DNA of 64,000 nucleotides from an uncultured Coriobacteriales bacterium (GTDB lineage Bacteria; Actinomycetota; Coriobacteriia; Coriobacteriales; UMGS124). Position 1 is the first letter of the stretch. Each line of letters opens with the position of its first letter. The position numbers and the translations under genes were made by a program. Positions 1 to 8,990 of this stretch are shown piece by piece. The notes under the pieces are model-generated. The model worked only from the letters and a program-made list of their open reading frames with translations. It was not told the DNA's origin and ran no database searches. Location of the stretch: NCBI GenBank assembly GCA_934654475.1, contig CAKUFZ010000002.1, positions 86 through 64,085 on the forward strand. Direction: 5' to 3'.

Positions 1-70
1 CCCATAATATGTCTTATGTAAACCTGTATAAGTGAACATAGGAGCATATCTTCATACTTAAAGCGATGAA

Positions 71-112
71 ACAGCGCCCCGTTCCTTGGGATTTCCAGGA
101 ACGGGGCGCTGT
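71..112. terminator. GC-rich hairpin downstream of iorB, possibly a bidirectional terminator
   Basis: Perfect 15-bp inverted repeat acagcgccccgttcc (71-85) / ggaacggggcgctgt (98-112) with a 12-nt loop, followed by gatttt on the + strand. It lies 45 nt past the iorB stop. Confidence 0.5.
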
Positions 113-156
113 GATTTTACGGCGATGACTTTGCGTGCAAAGTGAGTGGCTTCTGC

Positions 157-768
157 TTACTTCTCCTGAGCCAGTGCAAAGGCCTTTAGATTGGCCGCGA
201 GGGTCTTGGGAGGAACGCGGTTCTCGATGGCCTTGTGCCAGGCCTCTTCTTCGATGGGCAGGTACGAGGCTGCACAGCCCAGAAGCGCCACGTTGGAGCA
301 CTTGCGGTTGCCGGCTTCCTCGGCGAGCTCCTCGGCATCGAAAAGCGTCACGTCGTCGGTGCCGTAAGCCTTAAGCGCGCCATCGATGTTTTCGGGCATC
401 GTGGCCAGGCCGCTCAACACGGGCATGGGGATGATCTGGGTGTCGTTGACGATGACATGGCCGCCCGGCTTGAGGAACTCGAGGTTGCGCAGGGCCTCCA
501 TTGTCTCGAACGAGATAAGCAGGTCGGCGCAGCCCGGGTCGCACACCATCGTGGAGACGTTCTCACCGAAGCGCACCGTCGTGGAGACGGAGCCACCGCG
601 CTGGGCCATGCCGTGAATCTCGGAGACCTTCACGTCGTAGCCGGAGAACATGGCGGCGCCTGCAAGCAGATGAGCTGCGGTGATGGCACCCTGGCCACCC
701 ACGCCGCACAGCACGACCGTGATGGGCTTCGCGGGAAAATCGGGATAGAGCGATGCGTTGTTCGTCAT
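157..768 (-). CDS. iorB: Indolepyruvate:ferredoxin oxidoreductase, beta subunit
   Basis: 203-aa ORF with a pyruvate/ketoisovalerate oxidoreductase gamma-type fold signature (VVLCGVGGQGAITAAHLL, HGMAQRGGSV). It sits 6 nt downstream of iorA. Confidence 0.85.
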   Translation of the reverse strand: MTNNASLYPDFPAKPITVVLCGVGGQGAITAAHLLAGAAMFSGYDVKVSEIHGMAQRGGSVSTTVRFGENVSTMVCDPGCADLLISFETMEALRNLEFLKPGGHVIVNDTQIIPMPVLSGLATMPENIDGALKAYGTDDVTLFDAEELAEEAGNRKCSNVALLGCAASYLPIEEEAWHKAIENRVPPKTLAANLKAFALAQEK

Positions 769-774
769 AGGGTC

Positions 775-2556
775 CTACTCCTCGGTCGAGATTGCACCGA
801 AGGCGCAATATTGTTCGCACTGCGAGCAGCCGTTGCACTGCTTTGCGTCGATCACGGCGCGACCGGCGGCATCGCGGCTAATGGCGGGGCAACCGATGCG
901 CACGCAGGCGCCGCAGCCCCTGCAGGCGTCCTCGTTCACCACGCGCTTGGTGCCGCGGACCTTGTACTCCACGACGCAGGGCGACTGGCAGATGACGACG
1001 GAGAGCATGTCGGTGTGGGAGGCGGCGAGCTTGAGGGCGGCGCGGACCTCCTTCACATCGAGGGCGTTGGCCTGGATGACCTCGCCAACGCCGCATGCCT
1101 TAAGGACGCTCGGCAGGTCGAGCTCGCGAGAGGGCCTCCCCTGCAGCGTGATGCCGCTTACGGGGTTGCCCTGGCCGCCCGTCATGGCGGTGGTGCGGTT
1201 GTCGAGGATCACGACGTTGCCGCAGCCCGCGTTGTACACGGCCGAGATGACGCCCGACAGGCCCGAGTGGGCAAACGTGGAGTCACCGATGACCGAGAAG
1301 ACGGGGCGTGCTCCCCCGGCCACCTGCTCGCAGCCGCGCTCCTTCTCCAGGGCGCGAGCGACCTCGAAGCCGTGGCCCATGGACACCGAGGCGCCCATGT
1401 CGATGGCCGACTCAAGCGTGGCGAGCGGCGGCAGGGCACCGAGCGTGTAGCAGCCGATGTCGCCCAAGACGATGGCGCGCATGCGCTTGAGCTCGAAGAA
1501 CGGCACACGGTGAGGGCAGCCGGCGCACAGTGCCGGAGGACGGCCGGGCAGGTTTGCCTCAGCGGCAAGCTTGCAGGCCTCCTCGTTGCAGGCGACCTCA
1601 AGGCCTAGGGCGCGGCGAATGATGGCGGGCGAGAGCTCGAAGGCGCAGGGCAGCGGGCTTGCCCACGCGGCAGGCACGAGACCCATCGCGCGGACGGCCT
1701 TCTCGTAGTAGTCACAGGCCTCCTCAACCACGTACACCTTGTCCACCGTGCCGAAGAACTCGGCGATCTTGCGTGCGGGCAGCGGATACGAGATGCCGAG
1801 CTTGAGGGTCGACGCCTCGGGCACAGCCTCACGAACGTGCTGGTAGGCAGCACCGGAGCAGATGAAACCGATGGTGGTGTCGCGCAGCTCGATCTTGTTG
1901 AGCGGGCTCGCCTCGGCGTACTCGGTGAGCTTTGCCACGCGCTCGTCGGCCACCAGGCGCTTGGGACGGGCGTTGGCCGGCATCATGACCCAGTCCTTGA
2001 TGCTTGTCTCAAAGGTGATAGGCTCGCAAGTCTGGCGCTCCCCTACCTCGACGGGCGTGCGCGTGTGCGAGATGCGCACGGTGGAGCGCACCATGCAGAT
2101 AGTGGAGAACTCCTCGGAGAGCCTGAAGGCCTCCTTGGTCATCTCGAGGGCCTCGGCGGAGTCGGCGGGCTCGAACATGGGAACGCGGGCAAATGCGGCG
2201 TAATTGCGGCTGTCCTGCTCGTTCTGCGAAGAGAACATGCCGGGGTCGTCGGCTGCGAGCAGCACCAGGCCGCCGCGCACACCCGAATAGGCAAGCGACA
2301 TGAGCGGGTCGGCGGCGACGTTGACGCCGACGTGCTTCATCGTCACGAGCGCGCGGTGCCCTGCCATGGAGAAGCCCAGGGCGTTCTCAAGGGCGACCTT
2401 CTCGTTGATGGCCCACTCCGCATAGACGTCGTCGAGCTTGGCGAACGTCTCGAGCGTCTCGGTCGAAGGGGTGCCCGGATAGCCGAAACCGGCGTCACAG
2501 CCGGCTTCCCACGCTCCCCTGGCTATAGCCTCATTGCCGCTGAGCAGCTGTTTCAT
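775..2556 (-). CDS. iorA: Indolepyruvate:ferredoxin oxidoreductase, alpha subunit (TPP-binding, two 4Fe-4S motifs)
   Basis: 593-aa ORF with a TPP-binding region (GDSTFAHSG, GGQGNP). The C-terminal ferredoxin motifs are CRGCGACVRIGCP and CNGCSQCEQYC. Confidence 0.9.
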   Translation of the reverse strand: MKQLLSGNEAIARGAWEAGCDAGFGYPGTPSTETLETFAKLDDVYAEWAINEKVALENALGFSMAGHRALVTMKHVGVNVAADPLMSLAYSGVRGGLVLLAADDPGMFSSQNEQDSRNYAAFARVPMFEPADSAEALEMTKEAFRLSEEFSTICMVRSTVRISHTRTPVEVGERQTCEPITFETSIKDWVMMPANARPKRLVADERVAKLTEYAEASPLNKIELRDTTIGFICSGAAYQHVREAVPEASTLKLGISYPLPARKIAEFFGTVDKVYVVEEACDYYEKAVRAMGLVPAAWASPLPCAFELSPAIIRRALGLEVACNEEACKLAAEANLPGRPPALCAGCPHRVPFFELKRMRAIVLGDIGCYTLGALPPLATLESAIDMGASVSMGHGFEVARALEKERGCEQVAGGARPVFSVIGDSTFAHSGLSGVISAVYNAGCGNVVILDNRTTAMTGGQGNPVSGITLQGRPSRELDLPSVLKACGVGEVIQANALDVKEVRAALKLAASHTDMLSVVICQSPCVVEYKVRGTKRVVNEDACRGCGACVRIGCPAISRDAAGRAVIDAKQCNGCSQCEQYCAFGAISTEE

Positions 2557-2587
2557 CGTGTCCTCTCAATCCCTGGGTCTTTGGAAC

Positions 2588-3775
2588 TTATATCGGCGAG
2601 CCTCCGCCGATGAAGTCGGTGATGGTGTCGATTCTGATGAAAAGGTTTGGCGAGGGTGCATCGATCATCTGGCCGTTGCCGATGTAGATGCCCACGTGGC
2701 CGTCGTTGGGGAATACCAAGTCGCCCGGTTCAAGCTCGTCGATCGAGGTCTTCCAGTCGCCGGCCGCCTGGATGTCGTCTATCTGGTCCCAGGTGGTGCG
2801 TCCGATGGAATATCCCTCAAGGGCGTAGCAGTGCTGCGCGAAGCCCGAACAGTCGTACCCGAGTAACGTGGCATAGTTCGAGTCGTCGCCACCCCACTCG
2901 TAGGGCATACCCAGGCATGCGTAGGCGTTTTCCGTGACGGAACCTTGGGAGATGCCCACGTTGTACACACCTACCGCCTCGCCTGCGTCTGCCGCGCCTG
3001 CGGCAAGGGCACGGGCCGATGCTGCTGCCGTGAGCTGCTCCTGCTGCGCGGAGAAAAGCTGCTGCACCTGCGTGGACAGCTGAGCCACGATGTCGTCGGA
3101 CTCTTGCTTCTGCTGGGCGAGCTGGGCCTCTTGCTCCTGAAGCTGGTTGAGCAGGTTGGTCTCGGTGGCCTGCTGCTCGGTGAGTTCTTGCTGGAGCTCC
3201 TCGAGCCTGACCTTGAGGTCCTTGATCTCGTTGATTGTCTCGACCTGGGAGTTCTGCACGGCGCTTGCGTAGTACGTGCGCGTCACGAAGTCGTTGAAGT
3301 CCGACGAGGCCAGGATGACGTCGAGAAAGCTCAGGACGCCCGACTTGTAGGTAATCTGCAGGTACGCGGCCAATGCGGCCTGGGCGGTCGCAAGGTCGCT
3401 CGTGGTCTGCGTGATGTCGGCCTTGGTCTGGTCGATCTGGGTGCCGATGCGCTTGAGGTCAGTCTGCGTGGAGTGGATGAGACCTTGTGTCTGCTCGAGC
3501 TGCGCGCCGATCTCCTGCAACTTTGCCTGGGCTTCGTCAAACTGCTGCTGAGCGGCGATGAGCTCGTTGGTGGAAGTCGGCGCGGCGGTCGCAGCCTGGG
3601 TCTCTTGTGCCGATGTGTCCTGCTCGCCGGTGTCTTCGACCGTGTCGGTCTGCTGGGCGCCGGCATCGTCTGCAGGCTCGTCGACCGTGTCGGCCAGGGC
3701 AACAGGGACGCTGAGCGCAAGCGTGAGCGCGCCGAGTGCAATGAGCTTTCGTGCATACATGCCGTTGGTTTCCAT
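2588..3775 (-). CDS. Secreted NlpC/P60 cell-wall hydrolase with a long N-terminal coiled coil (PcsB/RipA-like architecture)
   Basis: 395 aa with a signal-like N-terminus (LIALGALTLALSVPVALA) and a Q/E/L-rich coiled coil. The C-terminal NlpC/P60 motifs are YEWGG..DCSGFAQHCY..GDLVF..GHVGIYIG. Confidence 0.85.
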   Translation of the reverse strand: METNGMYARKLIALGALTLALSVPVALADTVDEPADDAGAQQTDTVEDTGEQDTSAQETQAATAAPTSTNELIAAQQQFDEAQAKLQEIGAQLEQTQGLIHSTQTDLKRIGTQIDQTKADITQTTSDLATAQAALAAYLQITYKSGVLSFLDVILASSDFNDFVTRTYYASAVQNSQVETINEIKDLKVRLEELQQELTEQQATETNLLNQLQEQEAQLAQQKQESDDIVAQLSTQVQQLFSAQQEQLTAAASARALAAGAADAGEAVGVYNVGISQGSVTENAYACLGMPYEWGGDDSNYATLLGYDCSGFAQHCYALEGYSIGRTTWDQIDDIQAAGDWKTSIDELEPGDLVFPNDGHVGIYIGNGQMIDAPSPNLFIRIDTITDFIGGGSPI

Positions 3776-3830
3776 ATCGACCTCCCCTGCTGCGCTTGCC
3801 TGTTACATCAACCTGACTATGGTACGCCTC

Positions 3831-5159
3831 TTAGACCGGGCAACCGCCGAAACAATCGCTGAACCAGCATGAACGGTACTGAACGACCTGGCCTTCGTAC
3901 GGCGCGTCGATGAGGCAGCCGCCGCCCTGGTAGATTCCCACGTGACCGGAGTGCGGGAAGATGAGGTCGCCAGCTTCGAGCTGGCTCATGGAGTAGACCA
4001 TCTGACCGCAGGCAGAGATGTCGGCTGCCTGGGAGTAGGTGTCGCGGCCGATGGAGTAGCCGGCCTGGGCGTAGCAGTACTGCGTGAGACCCGAGCAGTC
4101 AAAGCCGGAGGGATCGGTGCCGCCCCACACGTAGGGCACACCGCAGTAGTTCCAAGCAATGCTGGCAACCGAGTAGATGTGGTTGCCTGAGCCACCGGTG
4201 GAGCCGCCCCAATCGCCGCCGGAAGAACTGCCGCCGTTGCCGGAGTCGCCGCCCCAGTCTCCGCCCGAAGAGCCGCCGCTGTTGTCAGTGGAACCGCTGT
4301 TGTCGGGCGCGCTGGAGCCGTTATCGGTGGTGCCGCCAGTGGTTCCGCCATCGGTGCTGCCGCTGTTGTCGGGCGTGGTACCTGCGTTTCCGTTCGAGGT
4401 GCCGGTGTTGCCTGAGGAAGTGCCGCCGTTGGAGCCTGCGGCCTCTTGGGCCGCGCGCTCGGCTGCGGCGCGCTGCTCGGCTATGGTCTCCTGCTGGGCC
4501 TGTGCGATAAGTGCGGTGACTTCTGAGCTCAGACTGGCCGTGTAGCTGCTGTAATAGCTTTCGGTGTTGGCGAGCTGGTCGGTGTAGTCCTGCTGGTCGG
4601 CAAGCAGCTGCTCCTGGGTGGCGCGCTGCTGCTGCAACTCGGCCTCTTCCGCCTCGAGCTCGGCCTTGAGCGTCTTGACGTTGTTGATGGCCTCGGTGTC
4701 GGCGTCGTTGACCTTGTTGGCGTAATACAGACGGCTTACAAAGTCCTCGAAGTCGGCCGAGTCGAGGAGGACCTCGAGCAGGTTGGAGGTGCCGGCCCTG
4801 TAGCTAGCGCCGAGACGTTCGGCGAGGACATCCTGAGCCTCGAGCAGCTCGGACTGCTTCTGGGCGATGGTTACCTCGAGCTCGGCGATCTGGTCGTTGG
4901 TCTGCTGCAGGTTGGCCTGGCACTCAGCCAGGTTGTACTGGGCGATCTCGAGCTGCTCGGTAATGCTCTGCAGTTCGGCCATAGCCGCCTCATACTCGGC
5001 CTGGGCGCCGGAAAGTGCCGCAAGGGTTGCGTCGGTTGCGGCCTGAGCGCCACGGGGTGCGAGGGCACCTCCCATGATGCATGCAGCACCTGCCATGACG
5101 GCGACCTTGCCGAAGTCGCGTCTGGTGAGCTGTCGTGCTTCTGTATTGTTCATGACCAT
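3831..5159 (-). CDS. Secreted NlpC/P60 hydrolase paralog with a Tat-type signal, coiled coil and G/S/T-rich repeat linker
   Basis: 442 aa with a twin-arginine N-terminus (TRRDFGKVAVMAGAA) and a coiled coil. The low-complexity linker has repeated GGSS(S)GGDWGG units. NlpC/P60 motifs are YVWGG..DCSGLTQYCY..GHVGIYQG. Confidence 0.85.
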   Translation of the reverse strand: MVMNNTEARQLTRRDFGKVAVMAGAACIMGGALAPRGAQAATDATLAALSGAQAEYEAAMAELQSITEQLEIAQYNLAECQANLQQTNDQIAELEVTIAQKQSELLEAQDVLAERLGASYRAGTSNLLEVLLDSADFEDFVSRLYYANKVNDADTEAINNVKTLKAELEAEEAELQQQRATQEQLLADQQDYTDQLANTESYYSSYTASLSSEVTALIAQAQQETIAEQRAAAERAAQEAAGSNGGTSSGNTGTSNGNAGTTPDNSGSTDGGTTGGTTDNGSSAPDNSGSTDNSGGSSGGDWGGDSGNGGSSSGGDWGGSTGGSGNHIYSVASIAWNYCGVPYVWGGTDPSGFDCSGLTQYCYAQAGYSIGRDTYSQAADISACGQMVYSMSQLEAGDLIFPHSGHVGIYQGGGCLIDAPYEGQVVQYRSCWFSDCFGGCPV

Positions 5160-5210
5160 GACACTTCCTTACTGGTCTTTGTTTGCTGAATAGTCCGCCT
5201 GATGAGGGGT

Positions 5211-6419
5211 TTAGAGCGGGCTGCCGCCACCGCAGAAGCCATCGCAGAAGTACAGGGTCCTGACCTGCACGCCTCCCGAGGGGATGGAGTCGATGATGTA
5301 ACCGTCGCCGATGTAGAGACCCACATGGTAGATGGAACCGCCGCGGGCATAGAAAACGAGGTCGCCCGCCACAAGGCCGTCGGCACCCACGAGGTTGCCC
5401 TTGCCTGCGACGATGCTGTACTGCACGCCCGACTGGTGGTAGAGCGAGTAGCCGCACGCCCCATACGCGGCGCTCGTAAGACCCGAGCAGTCAAGCGTGC
5501 CATACGGCGTGCCGATGAGGCTGTAGGCAGCGCTCACCACACTGGAGTCGTGAACGCCGGTGCCACCAGAGCTCGACCCGCCCGTGTCCGAACCACCTGA
5601 ACCTGAGTCGCTCGAACCCGAGTCGCCGGAATCCGAGCTGGAACCCGAGTCGCCCGAGCTTGACCCGCCCTGTGCGGCCTGCTCCTGGCGCTGGCGCTCG
5701 GCCTCCTGCTCGGCTGCGATGCGCGCGGCCTCGGCGGCTGCGGCAATCTCGGCGTCGCGCTGGGCGATGAGTGCCTGGACCTCGGAATCAAGCGATGCGG
5801 CGTAGTCCTGCGCGGCGGCAAGGCGTACCGAGAGCTCGTCGAGCGCGGCTTCCTGCTGGGCTCGAAGGTCCTCAAGTTGTGCCTGATGCTCGTAAAGAGC
5901 CTGCTGGTCGGCCTCAAGGGACGCTTTGATGTCCTTGACGGCCTGGATGGCCTCAGCGTCGGCGTCGGAAGTCTTGTTGGCATAGTACAGGCGACTCACG
6001 AAGTCGTCGAAGTCGGTCGCCTGCAGGAGCACGTCGATGAGCGCGACGTTGCCTGCGCGGTAGCTTGCCGCCACGCGGTCGTACAGGATGTCCTGTGCCT
6101 GCGACAGTTCGGCCTGCTTGGCCTCGATGTCAGCCTGGAGCTGGTCAATCTGGGCCTGGGTGTCGTTGATTTGATCAAGAATGTAGTTGTACTGCGCCTC
6201 GGCGTCGAAGTACTGGTCGTTGAGATAATCAATCTGCGCAAGGGCGTTTTCATAGCGCGTCTGCGCATCGGAAAGCGCCGCCTCGGTCTCGGCGGAGGCG
6301 GAGTAGTCGGCGTATGCCGGGGTACCCAGCAGAGCACCGGTGCCGAGGATGGCCAACATCGAGAAAGCCGACGTGGCAAAGGTTCGTCTTGTGATGCCGT
6401 TCAGACTCATGGAGCACAA
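5211..6419 (-). CDS. Secreted NlpC/P60 hydrolase paralog with an N-terminal coiled coil
   Basis: 402 aa with a signal-like N-terminus (ITRRTFATSAFSMLAILGTGALLG), a coiled coil and an S/G/D-rich linker. The C-terminus carries DCSGLTSAAY..GDLVFY..HVGLYIG. The start could also be the internal Met at 6410. Confidence 0.8.
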   Translation of the reverse strand: MCSMSLNGITRRTFATSAFSMLAILGTGALLGTPAYADYSASAETEAALSDAQTRYENALAQIDYLNDQYFDAEAQYNYILDQINDTQAQIDQLQADIEAKQAELSQAQDILYDRVAASYRAGNVALIDVLLQATDFDDFVSRLYYANKTSDADAEAIQAVKDIKASLEADQQALYEHQAQLEDLRAQQEAALDELSVRLAAAQDYAASLDSEVQALIAQRDAEIAAAAEAARIAAEQEAERQRQEQAAQGGSSSGDSGSSSDSGDSGSSDSGSGGSDTGGSSSGGTGVHDSSVVSAAYSLIGTPYGTLDCSGLTSAAYGACGYSLYHQSGVQYSIVAGKGNLVGADGLVAGDLVFYARGGSIYHVGLYIGDGYIIDSIPSGGVQVRTLYFCDGFCGGGSPL

Positions 6420-6586
6420 ATCCCTTCAATCGCTGAAAGGCTATTTTACCAAGCGCGGGCGGCGCATCGCCAAGGGTTGGCAATGTAGGCATAAACCCCA
6501 AGAATGCTTAAAAGTGTTCAGCTTTGGGGCTTGCCCGTTTGGGCGGAAGGATTTCGCGGTTTGCCTGCATACGCGTGTCGATACCG
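6420..6586 (-). promoter_or_regulatory. Long 5' leader of the NlpC/P60 gene run; candidate cis-regulatory RNA (cyclic-di-AMP ydaO-type riboswitch hypothesis)
   Basis: About 165 nt lie between the upstream terminator (6587-6616) and the ATG at 6419. The minus-strand leader contains gcgaaatcc, acgggcaagcccc, tggggt and gccgcccgcgc segments. I did not verify a match to a covariance model. Confidence 0.25.
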
Positions 6587-6616
6587 AAAAAAAAGGGGCG
6601 GATGCCCGCCCCTTTT
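6587..6616 (-). terminator. Rho-independent terminator after the MerR/FHA gene pair
   Basis: Stem ggggcgg (6595-6601) / ccgcccc (6606-6612) with a 4-nt loop. It is flanked by A8 (6587-6594) on the + strand, which reads as a T8 tail on the minus strand. It lies 38 nt past the MerR stop. Confidence 0.85.
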
Positions 6617-6653
6617 ACCTGGTTGCTTCGAGTTTATGTGCTTGGCAGGCGCG

Positions 6654-7349
6654 TTACAGCTCGGCCATACGCTGCACAAGCGTGGAATAGATGGCGTTGT
6701 TGAGCTCGATGAGATGCGCGAGGGTCTTGTCAGGCTGAGCGTCGGCATCTTTGCGAGCGATGATGGCCAGACCCTGCTTGTAGAACGTCACGTCGCGGTT
6801 GGCGCGCTGAATGTGGCTTTTGAGGGTGCGCGTGTCAAAACCATAGCCGCCCAGCTCAAAGGCGGCCTTGACGAGCTCGAGATCGTGGCCGGACACAGAA
6901 GGACGGCCCATGGTGTCGGCCTTGGCGTCGAGGAAACCGGCCTCAATGAGCTCGCCGACGAATGTGGCAGGAACCTCGGCCTGCGCCGCCATCTCGTCGA
7001 TGGGATGATATGCCTGGGCAAACGCGTCGTCTTTGGACTCGGCGGCCTCCTCTGCGGACTCTTGCGCATCAGCGTCGCCGTCAAGGATGCTCAGATATGC
7101 ATCGGGAGACGCGTCAAGCTTTTCCTTGATGACCGCCAAGGGATAGAACTGCGTCTTCTGCATCTGGAGGATGGCCTCGAGACGCGCAATGTCGTGGTCC
7201 GAGTACATGCGGTAGCCGCTCTTGGTGCGCTGCGGCGTAACAAGGCCCTCGCTCTCCAGGAAACGCACCTTCGACACCGTGATGTCGGGATGGTTGATCT
7301 GGAGCTGTTTGACGACCTTGCCGATAGTGTACTTGGGTTCATCCGTCAT
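6654..7349 (-). CDS. MerR-family transcriptional regulator (actinobacterial FtsR-like position next to an FHA gene)
   Basis: 231 aa with a MerR winged-HTH at the N-terminus (YTIGKVVKQL..VSKVRFLESEGLVTPQRTKSGYRMYSDHDIARLEAIL). Confidence 0.8.
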   Translation of the reverse strand: MTDEPKYTIGKVVKQLQINHPDITVSKVRFLESEGLVTPQRTKSGYRMYSDHDIARLEAILQMQKTQFYPLAVIKEKLDASPDAYLSILDGDADAQESAEEAAESKDDAFAQAYHPIDEMAAQAEVPATFVGELIEAGFLDAKADTMGRPSVSGHDLELVKAAFELGGYGFDTRTLKSHIQRANRDVTFYKQGLAIIARKDADAQPDKTLAHLIELNNAIYSTLVQRMAEL

Positions 7350-7383
7350 CGCGTGTGCTCTCCCACCGGGACTCGAAGGCTGC

Positions 7384-7782
7384 TTAGTGCATGTTGAAGA
7401 TCATCTTGAAGGTGCCGATCTGAATCGTCGAGCCGTTGAAGAGCTCGCTCGAAGAAACGATGGCGGCGTCGACCCAGGTGCCGTTGAGCGAGCCCAGGTC
7501 CTCGATGATGGCGCGGCCGCCCTGAATGCTCAAGTGGGCATGGCGGCGCGACACGGTGCGGTCGTTGAGGAAGACCTCGCAGTTCGGGTCGCGGCCGATG
7601 GTGACCTCGGGGATGTCGAGGATGAAGCGCTCGCCGGTGGAAGGGCCGCGCACGATGGTGAGCTCGGCCAGACCGGAATCCTGGGAGCTCATGTCGATGT
7701 TGGGAAGGGTGATGTCGGGCATGAGGTTGAACGACTGGGTCTGGCCCATGATGCCCGTCAGGTTGTTCATGTTCTCGTTCAT
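7384..7782 (-). CDS. Small FHA-domain protein (OdhI/GarA-like architecture)
   Basis: FHA core is TIGRDPNCEVFLNDRTVSRRHAHL..GSLNGTWV. I chose the ATG at 7782, which is preceded by gagggg, rather than the ORF-track start at 7872, which would overlap the upstream gene. Confidence 0.8.
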   Translation of the reverse strand: MNENMNNLTGIMGQTQSFNLMPDITLPNIDMSSQDSGLAELTIVRGPSTGERFILDIPEVTIGRDPNCEVFLNDRTVSRRHAHLSIQGGRAIIEDLGSLNGTWVDAAIVSSSELFNGSTIQIGTFKMIFNMH

Positions 7783-7825
7783 AGTAACCCCTCGTGTGTC
7801 GTGGGTTCGTTGTATGGTTAACAGT

Positions 7826-8977
7826 TTAATAGAAGAGCTGCGATACAAGCGGGCCAAAGGCATGCGACTCAAAAAGAACCGCTTCGCCCTTCTCCGTGCG
7901 AACGGCGCCTGTGGAGCCGGCGCTGTCCTGCCAGGAGATGGTGGAGGTGACCTCGTCAGGCTCGATCATGCCGGCGTCGCTTTCGCTTACCGACACTGAT
8001 CGCGAGGCGTTGTCGCGAAACAGCACAAGGCCGTTTGCGCCATAGCCGACCGACCAGCTCGCGTTTTCGGCAAAGGGCGCATACAGGGTGACGTTTGTTG
8101 TACCGACTCCCTGTAGCTCGGGATAGTGGCTGAAAGCCCAATCGAGCAGCGTGCGTGCGTCTGACCAGCGTCCCTCGCTCTCCTCGCATCCCAAGACGCT
8201 GATGAACAGGGTCTTGGAGCCTAAGGTCGCGCGGCCCACGAAGCAGTTGCCGGCGTTGTAGGTGAAGCCCGTCTTGATGCCGCGCATGCCGGGGTACGAG
8301 TTGCCAAGGGCATCGGTCGATTCCAGCGTCTTGGATTCTCCCCCCACCTGAACCGTCGTGTAGGCCGAGCCCACGATGGAGCTGAAAAGGGGGATCTGCA
8401 CGGCATGGCGCGCAAGCGTGATGAGGTCGAGCGGGGTGGAATGATGCCCGTCCTCGTCGAGGCCGTGGGGGTTGACGTAGTGGGTGCCCGAAAGGCCAAG
8501 TTCTGCGGCTTTGCTGTTCATCATTTCGACGAAGTTGGCGACCGAGCCGCCCACGCATTCGGCAATGCACACCGCGGCGTCGTTGCCCGAGTAGACAAGC
8601 AGACCGTGAAGCAGCTCGTTGAGCGTTGCCTGGTCGCCGGGGTCATAACCGATGAGCTGGCCGTATACGGTATTGACGATGTCGGAGACGGTGTAGACAG
8701 TATCGAGCGAAACGCCGCTTTCCAGCGCAACGACGGCTGTCATGATCTTGGTCGTCGAGGCCATGGCCATGGAGACGTCGCCGTTGAGCGAGAAAAGGAC
8801 GTTTCCGTCCTCGTCTACCACGGCAGCCTCGCGGGCGAACTGCAAGGCAGGATAGTCGTCACCGAAGGCAGACCAGCGGTTGGTGTCGGCATGGGCAGGG
8901 ACGGCGTGGAAGGCACCGGCGGCGGCAAGACACACAAGTGCGCCCAAGCCCAAGAAATCCCTGCGCGAGAGAGACAT
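7826..8977 (-). CDS. D-alanyl-D-alanine carboxypeptidase (serine-type, PBP5/S11-like) with a Tat-type signal
   Basis: SxxK (ASTTKIM), SxN (YSGND) and KTG (IKTGFT) motifs are present. The start at 8977 gives MSLSRRDFLGLGALV. The ORF track allows starts up to 9019, so the start is uncertain. Confidence 0.8.
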   Translation of the reverse strand: MSLSRRDFLGLGALVCLAAAGAFHAVPAHADTNRWSAFGDDYPALQFAREAAVVDEDGNVLFSLNGDVSMAMASTTKIMTAVVALESGVSLDTVYTVSDIVNTVYGQLIGYDPGDQATLNELLHGLLVYSGNDAAVCIAECVGGSVANFVEMMNSKAAELGLSGTHYVNPHGLDEDGHHSTPLDLITLARHAVQIPLFSSIVGSAYTTVQVGGESKTLESTDALGNSYPGMRGIKTGFTYNAGNCFVGRATLGSKTLFISVLGCEESEGRWSDARTLLDWAFSHYPELQGVGTTNVTLYAPFAENASWSVGYGANGLVLFRDNASRSVSVSESDAGMIEPDEVTSTISWQDSAGSTGAVRTEKGEAVLFESHAFGPLVSQLFY

Positions 8978-8990
8978 GGCGATGCGCGGG

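Noticed and set aside
235-1608. 457-aa + strand ORF, together with many other + strand ORFs across 135-2613
   Set aside because: It is antisense to iorA/iorB. The translation is Ala/Gly/Arg/His-rich with no motifs, as expected for spurious open frames on the opposite strand of GC-rich genes. The minus-strand proteins have clear family signatures.
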